The notes under the pieces are model-generated. The model saw nothing but the letters and a program-made list of their open reading frames with translations, was not told the DNA's origin and searched no databases. A stretch of 64,000 bases of DNA from Amoebidium appalachense (Eukaryota; Protista; Ichthyosporea): positions 6,613,264-6,677,263 of the forward strand of contig CAVNZM010000006.1 of assembly GCA_963693365.1 (NCBI GenBank). The letters are read 5' to 3'. Shown piece by piece: positions 15,056-28,624 of this stretch. The number at the start of each line of letters is the position of its first letter. Position 1 is the stretch's first letter. The translations under genes were made by a program, and so were the position numbers.

Positions 15056-16309
15056 TGTGGGTGGGTGTGGAGGGGAGAGGGGGGAAGAGGGGAGGGGGAG
15101 GGGGTGATTTCCACTTGTGTATGAAGAAGGTATACACCCAGACATATGGAGCAGATATTTCACATTGTTATAGAACAAACCACCTACAAGGTAAAAGTGG
15201 CACTCTCTCAACTCGTCCATGACTAGTTGCTATGAGAAAGGCAGGCACGAATAGACGGAACAACTGTTCACATTTCCATTTACCCAATTACCCGCAGTGT
15301 ATCGAATGTTTGTGTCTGGCAGCCCCCACCTTTTAATTTGAATTACTTATAAAAAGCAGACACGGAAACATGGAACAACTGTTCCACACTTACATGGAAT
15401 GTTTCTGATAACCCCCATCTTCCATTTCCACGCAGGGTGTAAATTCGTCCAAGATTGAAAAGGCCTTAGGGGCTGGGTTTCCAGAACACGAAAGGTTCTA
15501 CGGACTTGAAAATGTAAGTTACCAACTCTTGAGTTTGGTTTGTTGGTGTAAAAAAAAAAACAAAAAAAAAAAAAACGGTAATATGTTTGATACTATCCAC
15601 ATGTATTTATGAGCAAACAACCTCTCGCTTGTATATGCCCTTCGATGCGTCTTTGAGCACATACACACACCCACTCACGCGCGCAGCCACGGTCGCACGG
15701 ACACTCACGCGCATATGTGGGCACACATGCACACACAGACAAACAGGCACACACAGGCACACACACAGACACACATACAGGCATATACGAACATGCCCAT
15801 TGCACACACACACACACACACCACAGGCATACTTTACCCCCCCCCCCCCCCCCCCCCCCCCCTCTCCCCCCAAGCCTTCTCCCCGGCAACCATCACCACG
15901 ATTGCACATGCTCCTGCACACATAACATTGCTTTTTGTCTTTTCATTCCTTTTTACCCATCTGTCAAGAAAGACATTGTGTGGTTCCGGCATGCCCAGAT
16001 GCATAGCAGCAGCGCATGTGCACCTGTGTTCCCCCCCCCCCCTAACCCTCACCTCCCCCTCCCCCCTCCCCCCTCCCCCCCCCCCCCCACACACACACAC
16101 ACCGCCAACACCACCACACACACAAAGACACGCTCGCGCGCATGAGCACACACGCATGTGCGCACACAAATACACACCCACACAACCACAAACCCCCCTT
16201 TCCCCCCCCCACACACACACAACACACACACTCAGAGAGAGAGAGGGGTGGAGGGGGGAGGGGGGAGGGGGGTAGGGGGGGGGGGGAGGGAGAGATGGAG
16301 AGATGGAGA

Positions 16310-16345
<36 letters not shown>

Positions 16346-16693
16346 CGAACACACACACACACACACACACACACAGCACAGCACATACACGTGCACGTAC
16401 ACACAAAGGCTTCCACTTTTTCTCTAATGTGCCCTGCATCCCCCCCCCCCCCCCCTCCCCCCCCCCCTGGGGGGGGGGGGGGGGCCTGCTTTCATGCATC
16501 TCGTGTTTATGTAATATTTCTCTTTTTTTTAGTTTTCTAAAAAATATGCATTTACGGTCAACCCAATACCGAATCTATATGCATTTCACCCGAAAGCTAA
16601 TCCTGAATCTCTACAATATTCAAGCTTTGCATTTTTTTTATTTTTTTTATGTGTACTTGGTACTCCATCACACATTCTAAACCCCCCCCTCCC

Positions 16694-16729
<36 letters not shown>

Positions 16730-17607
16730 CCCAATTCAGTTCGGCAACACATGCTACTGTAACTCTGTGCTTCAGGCGTTATACTTCTGCCCGCCGTTTA
16801 GGCAACACCTACAAGGTATGCCGAAGACATAAATTCATCAGGGGACACCTTTTTCTTTCACGCACGGAACCCACACAGAGAGAACGGAGGCAAAAAAGGA
16901 ATGTGTGGAATTTGTTGGTGTGTAGCCGAATTTGATTGTTGGGAACTTTGGGTTTAGTTCTCTTGACAAGCGTCTCACTGTGAACGTATTATCGTTCTTG
17001 AGGAGTCGTACCAATATCAATGCCAATCACACCTGCAATCGTAGTTGGGAACACGATCATGAAACATAGAAACGTGAACAAAGTTTAACTACAAAACCGG
17101 AGTGTGTGACATAGGCTCATTTGTAAGTGTTCTGGTCTGATTTCTATCGTTAGTTTGTGTTTTGACAAAAATTGGCTTTCAACTACCGTGATTCTGATTT
17201 TTCCGAACCCTGCAGCACATGCATACTGACTGAATTCGGCTTTAAGCTACGGTGATTTTGATCTTTTTGAACCCTACAGCACATGCATACGCGCGTAAAA
17301 ACAGCGGGGGGTCTGATGAGGAAAACATTCTCACGAGCCTGGCCGAACTGTTCACCACCATTTCCACACAACGGAGAAGAACGGGAGTGATTCCCCCGCG
17401 AAAATTCATAGCCCAGTTGAGAAAGGAGAACGGTATGTGAGCACGTATGTGTTCGTTTGTGTGTGTATATGTGTGTTTGGGGGAGGGGGGGGAGGGGGAG
17501 GGGGTTGGAGCATACGCCGGGGGGGGGGGGGGGGGGGAGGGGGAGAGGGGGGGGGGGTGGGGGAGGCTGGGGACAGGGTTGAAGGAGGGGTGGGGCTGTG
17601 GGTGGGT

Positions 17608-17639
<32 letters not shown>

Positions 17640-18295
17640 TGGGCTGGTGCGGTGTGTGTGTGGGTGTGTGCCCTGGTGTGCGTGTGTGTGTAGTTGAAGG
17701 TGTTCGTGTACATGTTGTTGTGTTTTTGTGTTTGGTGGCGCGGTTGTGGTGTTGACGGTTCACTCGCTTTACTCACACACATGGCCCTGTCCCCCTCCCC
17801 CGGTCACCTCATCTACACACCTACATGAACGCGCACGTACACGGGCGCACACTCCAATTCACACACATGCGCGAGCACACTTCACACATATGCACAACAA
17901 CACACGTAACCACACATACCATGTGGACGCACGTATACACATGCACACGCACGTACAGGCACGTACATACACAACACACACACACGTACACATACACGAT
18001 TACACACACACATGTGTACACACACCACTCTTGCACCACACGTATTCACACACACACGCATGGACACACGTACACACCTACGTACACATGCTGTCACCTC
18101 TACACACACATACACATACGTACACACACACACGTCCACACGTCCACACGTCCACACGTCAACACATACAGAGCTATTCCGTGGGTCCATCCAGCAAGAT
18201 GCGCATGGGTTTCTCAACTCTCTTCTCATCACACAGTCACGTACACAGACAGATACAAACAACCTTGCCCAAACGTACACACACTCGCACGCGCG

Positions 18296-18340
<45 letters not shown>

Positions 18341-19093
18341 GCGCGTACACACATACACACAAGTATTTCAAACATACACGTGCATGCACACACACACACA
18401 CGTACACACGTCCACACGTGCACACGTACAGAGCTGTTCCGTGGGTTCATGCAGCAGGATGCGCATGAGTTTCTCAACTACCTGCTAAATACGGTGGCCG
18501 AGCTACTAGCCGAGGAGCAGAGAAAGGAGCTGGGCCTGAGAAAACAGGCCTCAGGGTACGTCCCCATCTTCCATTTGTGTCAATTCTTCTTTCTTCCTTC
18601 CTTCCCTCCTTTCTTCCTCCTTCTTTTTCTTTCCTCTGCGGGGTTGTGTGTGTGTGCGCTTTTTTTTTTTTTTTTTTTTTTTTTTTTCGGGGGGAGGGAG
18701 GGGGGGGGGGGGGGGGGGAGAGGGGGGGGGATATAAGAGGAAACAACATAACTGGTTGGCCAAACTTCGAGTTTAAACGGAAAGCTTACGTTCTTGCACT
18801 CTGCATGCCGTTCCCACGTTTGATTGGTGGTTTTATTGGGGCATAGTTGATTTGCTCCCAATTAGCGGCTGCCATGGCCTAACTTTCCCTTTGCTGAAAT
18901 TTGGTCTTCTCATGTGTGCGAAACCCCCCCTTCCTTCTCCTCCTCCCCCTCCCCCTCCCCCTCCCCTCCTCCGCCCACCCCCTCGCTCTCTTCCCTTTTC
19001 CTTCGTTCCTTCCCCCCCCCCACCCCCCTCCCCCCCTCTCGTCCCCCTCCCCCCTTTCTACCCCCCTCTCCCGGCCCCCACCGTTCCCTGTGC

Positions 19094-19134
<41 letters not shown>

Positions 19135-20163
19135 CGCCCTTGTCAACACCAACAGGCCAGACAGCCATCACCTAGCCGGCCGGCTCTCCCTCCCACTGGG
19201 GAGCTCTAGCAAGGGCAGCCTGAGCCAACGTTTCCTTTCCAAAAAGAGAACAAATTCAAAACCCCACGTTGCAGCAACATTCGACCCCCCCACCCCAAAT
19301 TCGAATGCTGACCAGGCCTCGCTGGCTTCGGGCCATTCGTCTTATTCCGGGCAAGGTATGTGGGTTGCACACATGTACAAAGCAACACCCCCCCCCCCCC
19401 CCCCCCCCCCCCTTGCCCTCCCCCCAGCACCCCCTCCCCTCACGCCTTCCCCCCAACCCTTTTTACACGTATACAAATGTCCCACACTCCACCATCTTGT
19501 TGATTTGCTTCCTGGGAGTTTGTGATGCGCAGCAAAAATTAACCTGCTTTTCATCTTTTATGGATCAGATTTTTTTAGAAAAAGCAGAACCTGTACATTC
19601 AGTTGGGTAGGTACTGATTCATCAATGAGTTATCAAGGACGTACCAATCATCCCCCTTGTTCTCCGGGCACGCAGGCACGCACTTTCTGTGTGTGTGTGG
19701 AGTGAGGGCAAGCTGGGGAGGGGGTGAAGGGGGAGGGAAGGAGGTGCTGCACACGCTGGAAAGTCGGGGGGAAAGGGGGGGAGGGGGGGGGGGGGGGGGG
19801 GGGTACCGTGCAACATGTAACAGGTAGGATGCGGAACAGATCAAGATAGTAGCATGTCAGTGCTTTCGGGGAGGGTTTTTTGTTGCGTTGTTTTCTCATG
19901 ACCGTTTAGTTGACATCTCACCAAATGACCATCCCCGCCATTTCCCCACCGACAGGGCTGGCTCCAACACACACACATGCACACACACACGTACACACCA
20001 CCTACCCACTGACTTGAACACTATCTCTCTTGGACAGATTCCCACGGTGACAAGGGGAGCACGGATGGGCGGGGAGAGAAGAAAGTAAAAACATGGGTTC
20101 AAGATATATTCGAGGGTGTGCTAACAAACGAGACACGTTGTCTTTCCTGTGAAACGGTACTAG

Positions 20164-20198
<35 letters not shown>

Positions 20199-20790
20199 TT
20201 CTGGGGACACCCCAAAAAGAAAGGAAGAGGGGACTCCGTCCAAGCTTTTTTTTGCCTGCATGATTGGTGTTGCTTTTTTGTGTCATTTCTAAACAGTTCG
20301 GTTTGCATGTGCACTATGTATGCTTACCTCTGATACAAAGCAACTGATGATGGGCTCTGTTCAAGTCTATCTTGCCTTTCCTTTCTTTTTTGTTTCTTTT
20401 TTGAACGTGTGTTTGCGAGAGGGGTGGTGGTATGCGCGTCTGCGTGCGGTTGGTATGTGCCTCTGTATGTGTGTGTCTCTCATCGACTTTATATAGGTAT
20501 ATAGATACTCAGTGGGCACTGGGTACAGGTGTCGAGCAAAGACGAGTGCTTTCTGGATCTTTCCGTTGACATCGAACAGAATAGCAGCATCACAAAGTGT
20601 CTGCGGAGCTTCTCTGAGACGGGTACGTGACCACTCAAGTGATGGTCCAAACCGGGCACATGCACATGCACACACACCATCTTTTTTCATAAAACTTTAC
20701 ACTTCATTCACACAGGGGCACTCAGACACACACACTCACTCACTCACTCATTCACACAAGCACACAGAGGCACGTCCGCACACACACACA

Positions 20791-20863
<73 letters not shown>

Positions 20864-20923
20864 CCCCGTCCCCCCCCTCCCCCCCCCCCCCCCCCCCCTT
20901 CTCTTTAGCGCACACGCACACGC

Positions 20924-20957
<34 letters not shown>

Positions 20958-22051
20958 CGTACCCCCCCCCCCCCCTCCCCCCCTTCCCCCCGTCCACCCC
21001 CTCCCGGTCTCTCCCGCTCTTTCCCCCACTCTCATCTGCATCTCACTCTTCTGCCCTATCTGGGTGGTAGCGTACGAGAGTGAGTTTTGATATACGTGCA
21101 TTGGGATATACAGAATATCTACAGGGAGAACACAAGTACTTCTGTGACAAATGCTGCAGCCTGCAAGAGGCGCAGAAAAGGTGTGTGGTTGTGTGGATGG
21201 ATGTGTGCATGTGTGTGTGTGTGTGTGTGTGTTTGTGTGTGTCTGTGTGTGTGTGTGTGTGCGCGCGCGTGTGAGTGTGTGTGTGTGTGTCCTTGTGTCA
21301 CACATACGTGTGTGTGTTCGTGTGCCAGTGCATGTGAGTGCGCATATGAGTATATGTGTATGCCTATGTATGGGTGCTCCGCATGTGTGTTTGCTTGTGT
21401 GTGTGTGCCTGCGTCTGTGCGCACATGCGTTCTTTGATTCCTGCAGACCTGTATGTTCGGATTTTGCCTCCTGAGCTGGTTGAGGGAAAAAGGGAATGCG
21501 TAGGGGTTGTGGAGGGGGGTGGGGATGGGAGGCGTGTGTGTGGGGGGGGGGGGGGGGGGGGAGGGGGAGGGGGGGGGTCTATATGGTTCTATATATATAG
21601 TCAAGGACTCCCATTAGATATTCCCTAAGATGTTAGTTTTTAACTCTTCGGATTCCTCAACTCCCTGTATAAAAAGGCCCAAAGATATTTAAGAGGCAAC
21701 CAACAAAGTATGCCAGAAAAGTATTCATGTGAATAATACAGGTAGTCACAACAATGCCCATGAGAATATCCCTGCGAATATCCAACGAATAGTCACTCTG
21801 AATTTTCATTGTTCATTGGTTAACGCGGGTCCCTCAGAATGAGAATAAAGAAACTGCCGCCTATCTTGGCGCTACATCTAAAACGCTTCAAGGTATGTTT
21901 TCCCCCCATACCCCCCCCCCCCCCCACACCCCCATCGCCGCCCCGCAACCCACCCATCCCCCCTCCCTCCCCCCCCTCCCCCCCCCCCCCCCCCCCTCCA
22001 AACACACACACACATACACACACCTCTTTATGTTGAAGGTGATGCTTACCC

Positions 22052-22082
<31 letters not shown>

Positions 22083-22200
22083 AAAAAAAAAAAAACCTTA
22101 GATTTTGCAGGGTGTGTACACACACACACACGCGCGCGCGCGCACACACACACACACACACATACAGACACACACACACACACACACACACAGTATACAT

Positions 22201-22231
<31 letters not shown>

Positions 22232-23308
22232 GGGTCCACATCAACCACTTAGTAGATGAGAGTATGTGTGTGGATGGAGCTTATTGATGTGTCGAAGGTG
22301 TTCTATACACAATATATGGTTACGATTTCCCGAATATCTGAATTGAAAACCCAGGTAGAAAGTGCTTCGTGCTTGAATGTGTGGGTATGGGATTCGGAAG
22401 TCAAACACAAAAGCTGGTTTAGGCAGTGTCTCATACATGTGTTGGTAAATCATCATTGGGCTTGACCCCAAAATCCGGTTAAAAAGTGCTTTCATGCATG
22501 AAAGTGTGGGACTGATGTCCGATGGCCTAACCCAAAAATACCCAATTTTTACTTGCAGTACATTGAGGAGCTACAACGGTACAAAAAACTTTCCTATCGA
22601 GTGGTATTCCCCATGGAGCTAAAACTGTTCAATACGGTATTTATCTCCCCTTCCCCCTCCTCCCCCCCCCCCCACCCTACCCACCCTCCTCCTTGCCTGA
22701 TTCCCCTCCGCTCACCAGCATTCTCCCCCCCCCCCCCCCCCCCTCCCCACCGACAGCACCCATTCCTTTTCTCTTCCCTCCTTCGCTCCCGCCAACCCTT
22801 CCCTTGGTTCTTAACTGCAAACCCCCCCCCCCCCCCCCCCCCTTTGCCCGCCTCCCTTCTTCTCCCTCCTCCGCCCATGTGTATCGGCAGGCGATTGTTG
22901 TTTCATCTGAAAGCCATATATGGACTATCTGCAACCCCCCCCCCCCCCCCCCCCCCCCTTCCTCCATCCCCCCGTGCATGTTTATTTTTTGGTTTCATGC
23001 CTTTTGCCTTAAACCGCATCATATATACATCTACTACCCTATCGTCTATAATTCAATCACCTACCCCCCCCCCCAACGAGCACCCCCAACCCTCTCGGCC
23101 CCCATCTTCTCTAAGACAGTCTCCACCCCCGTGGTTTCTTCCTACTACATGTACATCCTCCTCTCCATCTCCCCTTTCCCCCACAAATACACAGACAACC
23201 CCGCCCTCCCCCCCCCCCCCCCCCCCCCCCCCGGTCTCCCCCCCCCCCCAAAAAAAAAAAAGAAAAAAGAAAGGAAAAAAAAGTGAACACACACACTCAT
23301 GTGCGCGT

Positions 23309-23402
<94 letters not shown>

Positions 23403-23710
23403 CAAACATAAAAAAGTACTCGACTTACACAAATTCCACTCACCCTCAAACTCCCTTCCGCTGGCTGCCCATTCTAATCCTTCAACTCTCCCTACATCAC
23501 CCTCCCTCTCCATCCCCTCCCCCTGCCCCCCATTTCCCCCTGCCTATCCACACACACACACACCACCTGTCCTCTTGCCGCCATCACAGCTCCCCGCTGC
23601 ATGTGTCTGACCCCCCCCCCTCCCCCGCCTCCCCCCCCCAGTCTGATGATGCTGAGAATCCAGACCAGATGTATGATCTATTTGCGGTTGTTATCCACGT
23701 AGGAAGGTTT

Positions 23711-23756
<46 letters not shown>

Positions 23757-23943
23757 CCCAACCAACCAACCTACCAAACCACATCCACCACCAACACCAG
23801 GGAAAGAAAAAAGTTGGGGAAAGAAAGGAGGAAAAACACCCCCTCGTTCCCTTCCTACGTGCCGTTCCCTTCCTCTGTGAGGGATCTTGTATACAAGACT
23901 ACACGTCGACTCGAATACCCCCCCCCCCCCCCCCCCCCTGGAG

Positions 23944-23974
<31 letters not shown>

Positions 23975-24167
23975 CCCTCCCTTGGCAAAAAAAGAAGAAG
24001 AAAAAAAACAGTTCCCCACCTTACCTTCAGCATCAGCCTTTCCGACATCTAGATAAGGATCCCTTCTTCTTCGTCTTTGGTTTCTTCTTTCGGCGCTTGC
24101 TGTTTCTAACACCTTTCATCCACCCACGTATATCCACACCCACGCACACGCGTGTGCGCGCGCGCGT

Positions 24168-24238
<71 letters not shown>

Positions 24239-25203
24239 CACCGATGTAGTGGGCCCAACCACGGGCACTACATCAGCATCGTCAAGAGCTACGACTGTTG
24301 GCTGATATTTGATGATGACATTGTCGAGGTATGTGCATATGACCCCCCACCCCCCGTTGGTGCGCTCAACTCCCGTTTGTCTCTAGCTTTTCGATTCCCC
24401 CCCCCCCCCCCCCCCCTTGTTGATGCTGCTGTCTGAGTTGGAGCGTCGTATATACGCGGGCTAAGGGGTCGAAACTCAGACGCAATTGATGACTTGGGTC
24501 CTCCCTGAGGATGGGCTCTGCTTATGACGCATACTGTGCACATGGCTGATGTTGCATACTTGAATGTTTGCCTTTGCATGTGTCCTGCACCATGCTTCTC
24601 GTCGTGTATGCGTACTTCGTACCGTTTTCCGCATTCAAAACCCCCCCAGTCTTCTTTCAGAGGTGTCCTTTCAGGACAGACCACTGTGTGGAGACCGCTT
24701 TACTTCCATGCAACCGGGCATGGTTGCTCTGTGTCGTGCATCTGTAAGCACATACGCATTTTTCGCTGCACTGCATTAGTTTGCACACACATCTGCACCG
24801 TTTTGCTCACATTGCTTGCATAAGCAACCCTGCTCGTCTTTGATCAAGACGGGTTGACCCGCCCAAGTTCAGTTGATGCTGCTGTCTGAGTTGGAGCGTC
24901 GTATATACGCGGGCTAAGGGGTCGAAACTCAGACGCAATTGATGACTTGGGTCCTCCCTGAGGATGGGCTCTGCTTATGACGCATACTGTGCACATGGCT
25001 GATGTTGCATACTTGAATGTTTGCCTTTGCATGTGTCCTGCACCATGCTTCTCGTCGTGTATGCGTACTTCGTACCGTTTTCCGCATTCAAAACCCCCCC
25101 CCCCCCCCCCCTTTGTTTCCCCCTTGCTCTCTCCCCCCTCCCCACCACCTCCCCCCCCCCCACTCCTCCGCCCACCCACCCCCTTCCCTGTCTCTCCCTC
25201 TTC

Positions 25204-25243
<40 letters not shown>

Positions 25244-25252
25244 CGCGCGCGT

Positions 25253-25318
<66 letters not shown>

Positions 25319-26072
25319 TCTTTCCTCTCTCTCTCTCTATTTCTCTATCTCTCCCCCCCTCCCCCCCCCCCCCCCCCCCCGCGCTCCCTCTTTCTGTGTG
25401 AATCTATCTCCTCCTGCTCGCCCCCTCTCCCCCCCTCTCCCCCTCCCCCACTCCCCTGCCCCCGCTGGGCTACTCCCCACTCCCCTGCCTCCTTTCCTCC
25501 TCCAACCCGCATTTTTGCGGCACCACACCATACACACCCAACTTCTGTGTTTCAAATAGTGACATCGAAAGAATACAACAGTGGTGGGCAAAAATGCAGT
25601 GATCAGGAAGTCACAGGGGGCACCGGGGGGAGGGGTAGGGGAGGGAGGAGGGGGAGTGGGGGGGGGGGGGGGCGGAAACCGGCAGGTAATAGAGAAAATG
25701 AGTCAGGCCGGAAGTTTAGACGGTTTGGTGCCCTGCAAAAAATGAAGTAGGCTGGTAAGGGTAATGCTACCCCCCCCCCTCCCCCCCTCTTCCCGGGGCA
25801 GCCGGGATACACCCATACAAAACGAAATAACCCATGCAATCGTGTACACGTGCAGATGTGACACCCGACTCGGATGTATTCATGCACTCTTGCGCACGCA
25901 CATGCACATATTTAACACCAGCACTACACCCACCACACCTACACCTACAACCAGATCCCACACGTACACCATATACACTCGTACACAAACACAAACCCCA
26001 TGCACATACACACACACCCAAACGTACACCCATATGCACACGTACACATTCACACGTGTACACTTCTGCCTC

Positions 26073-26114
<42 letters not shown>

Positions 26115-26524
26115 ACCCACCCACCCCCAACACACAGACACACACACACCCCTCCCACACACACCCACACACACCCACATACACGTACACACACACACAC
26201 GTATACACCTACACAAACACACACACACGTGTGCGCGCACGCACACACGTACATAGCTGATGGATGAGCGAGGGATCCAATCGTTCTTTGGAGCCTGCCA
26301 CGACAGAGACAATGCGCAGAGTAGTGAGTCGGGGTACATCCTCTTCTACCAGGCACGATACACAACAACCCCGGTGCACCACACTCTCAGCGGGGTGTTT
26401 GCAAATGCAAAGGTGTGTGTGTGTGTGTATCTTTTTTTGGGGGGGTTTTGTTGTTTGTTTGTTTGTTTGTTTGCTTATTGTTTGTTTCTTTGTTTTTTGT
26501 TATCATCACTCTTTCTACAAGTTT

Positions 26525-26565
<41 letters not shown>

Positions 26566-26744
26566 GGGGGGGGGGGGGGGGGGGGGGGGGTTGTTTGTTG
26601 TTTGTTTGTTTGTTGGCTTGTTTGCTTGCATGTTTGTTTGTTTGTTGTTATTACCTTTTTTCCTGCTTTCTGGTTTAGCAGTCCCCCCCCCCCCCCCCCC
26701 CCTCCCTTTTTTTTTTTTCTTTTTCTTTTTCTTTTTAGGCGAAG

Positions 26745-26782
<38 letters not shown>

Positions 26783-26817
26783 GTGTCCACCATACTGTTA
26801 TTCCTTTCTTTTTTTCT

Positions 26818-26850
<33 letters not shown>

Positions 26851-27174
26851 TGGGGGGGGGGGGGGGGGGTCTGACTACACCACCACCCCAGTATATCACG
26901 CACGGCATGTTAGTAAAGGTATGTGTGGCGCATGCTCCCCGTTTTTTCTTTTTTTCCCGTGTATTTAGGTGTGTGTTATTTTTCTATCTGTTTGATTCCA
27001 AATTCACCACCCTCCAACACATACATACCCCCCCCCCCCCCCCCCCCCACTGGGGGCCTCAACCCCCCCCAAAAAGGAAAGAAAGAAAGAAAGAAAGAAA
27101 GAAAGAAAAGTGCGCACACAAGCACACACACACACACGAGCACGCACACACACACACACACACACACACTCTCT

Positions 27175-27231
<57 letters not shown>

Positions 27232-27292
27232 TCTCTCTCTCTCTTTCTCTTTCTCCCTCCCCCTCCCCCCTCTCTCTCCCTCTCTATCTCTT

Positions 27293-27328
<36 letters not shown>

Positions 27329-27563
27329 AAAAAAAGAAAAGGCAAAGAATAAATGGCATGTGTCAGCTTCTCTTCACTTCTTGCCTTTGGTACGCGAATT
27401 GATGGCTTTGCCTTTACTTAAAACTTGCATAGGGGCCAAGGAAGTTCACACACTGACGGGGGGCAAGCAGGAGAAAGAGGATGAGCCGGCATCTCAGTCA
27501 ACCAGCATGGCAAGGTGTGTGTGTGCGTGTGTGCGCCACGGTGTGTGTGTGTCTTCAAAAACG

Positions 27564-27596
<33 letters not shown>

Positions 27597-28176
27597 AAGT
27601 GGTTTCGGCTGCCGTATGTGTACAGTCAGAAACACAAACTACGGTAAGACAGTATATTCAGCAAACCATGTTAAAACACCGTTATACTTTGCTTGCTTCA
27701 TTACCATTTGGTCAGCTAATCATTTTATTTGCCTCACCAACAGAGACCCCTCGCTCGGGAACCGGCCAGCAGGGAGCAGTAACGGAGCAAACGCCGGGTA
27801 TGCATTTTTTGTTTCTAGAAATCTACCCCCTCCCCCCTCCTCCCCCCTCCCCCTCCCACCCCCCGCCCACCCCTCTCCCCCCCACACGCAAGAGCACCTT
27901 CATGGACACGTGCACAGCACACACTCATGATGGTACTTGTAGGGGGCACCCCCGGTTGGACACATGCACAAACACAAATGCATGCATGTCTGTGCGCACG
28001 TAGGCACACACACACACACACAAACCGTGGCACTCACAATCATTTTCGCGCACACATGCACACACAGGCACTCCCAACCACGTGCCAACCACGTGCCTGT
28101 GCATTGGGCACGCATTTGAAAGCCCGTGTGAAGCTGAAGAGAGTAGGCGAAGAAATAGAGTTGTTGCTGGGTGGTA

Positions 28177-28227
<51 letters not shown>

Positions 28228-28624
28228 TGTGTTTCTGTGTGTGTGTGCATGTTTGTTATAACTTTACTGTATTATCGTAGCTTGGTTGTTTTAATCGTGT
28301 ACAAATGTGCTCTGGAGTGTGTGTGTATGTAGGTGTGCATGGGTGTGCGTGCGTGTGCGTGTGTGTGATGTGTTGTTGTGTGCATGCTTGTGCGCGCGCG
28401 TGTGTGTGTGTGCGTGTGCGCGTGCGTGCGTGTGTGTAATTTATTTTTTTTTGTTGTGTGTGTGTGGGGGGGGGGGGGGGGGGGGGGGGGTTGAGGGAGA
28501 GGGGGGTGGGGGGGATGGGTATTTTTTTTCCCCGCTCGATTGTCAACATAGAAGCATGAATGCCGACACTGAATAATAACTATTCTGCAGCTTGCAGTCA
28601 ACGAGCCACCCAACACATGTCTGA
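14289..28624 (+). CDS. USP12: Ubiquitin carboxyl-terminal hydrolase of the USP12/USP46 family (peptidase C19)
   Basis: ATG 14289-14291|GTGAGT, then exons 15436-15513, 16740-16815, 17280-17432, 18432-18555, 19156-19355, 20038-20156, 20529-20622, 21114-21180, 21838-21892, 22559-22636, 23642-23706, 24250-24328 and 26257-~26350+. Cys box [26 protein letters not shown], zinc-finger CLSC/CDKC, LHLKRF, His box [28 protein letters not shown]. Tentative tail exons ~27433-27514, 27744-27797 and 28591-28624; the junction after 26350 is unresolved. USP12 versus USP46 cannot be distinguished. Confidence 0.95.
24419..25093 (+). mobile_element. Retrozyme/PLE-like non-autonomous element: two identical 222-bp direct repeats around a ~230-bp internal region, in the USP intron 24329-26256
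   Basis: 24419-24640 equals 24872-25093 (offset 453). Each repeat ends GCATTCAAAA followed by a C-run. Contains GAAA (24471-24474) and CTGAGGA (24505-24511). C-runs on both flanks. Confidence 0.75.

Noticed and set aside
24471-24518. Conventional type II hammerhead fold (GAAA-CUCAG...UUGGG-UC-CUCC-CUGAGGA)
   Set aside because: Leaves no room for stem I, and the required U16.1 is not conserved in the 45.8-kb or 36.6-kb copies.
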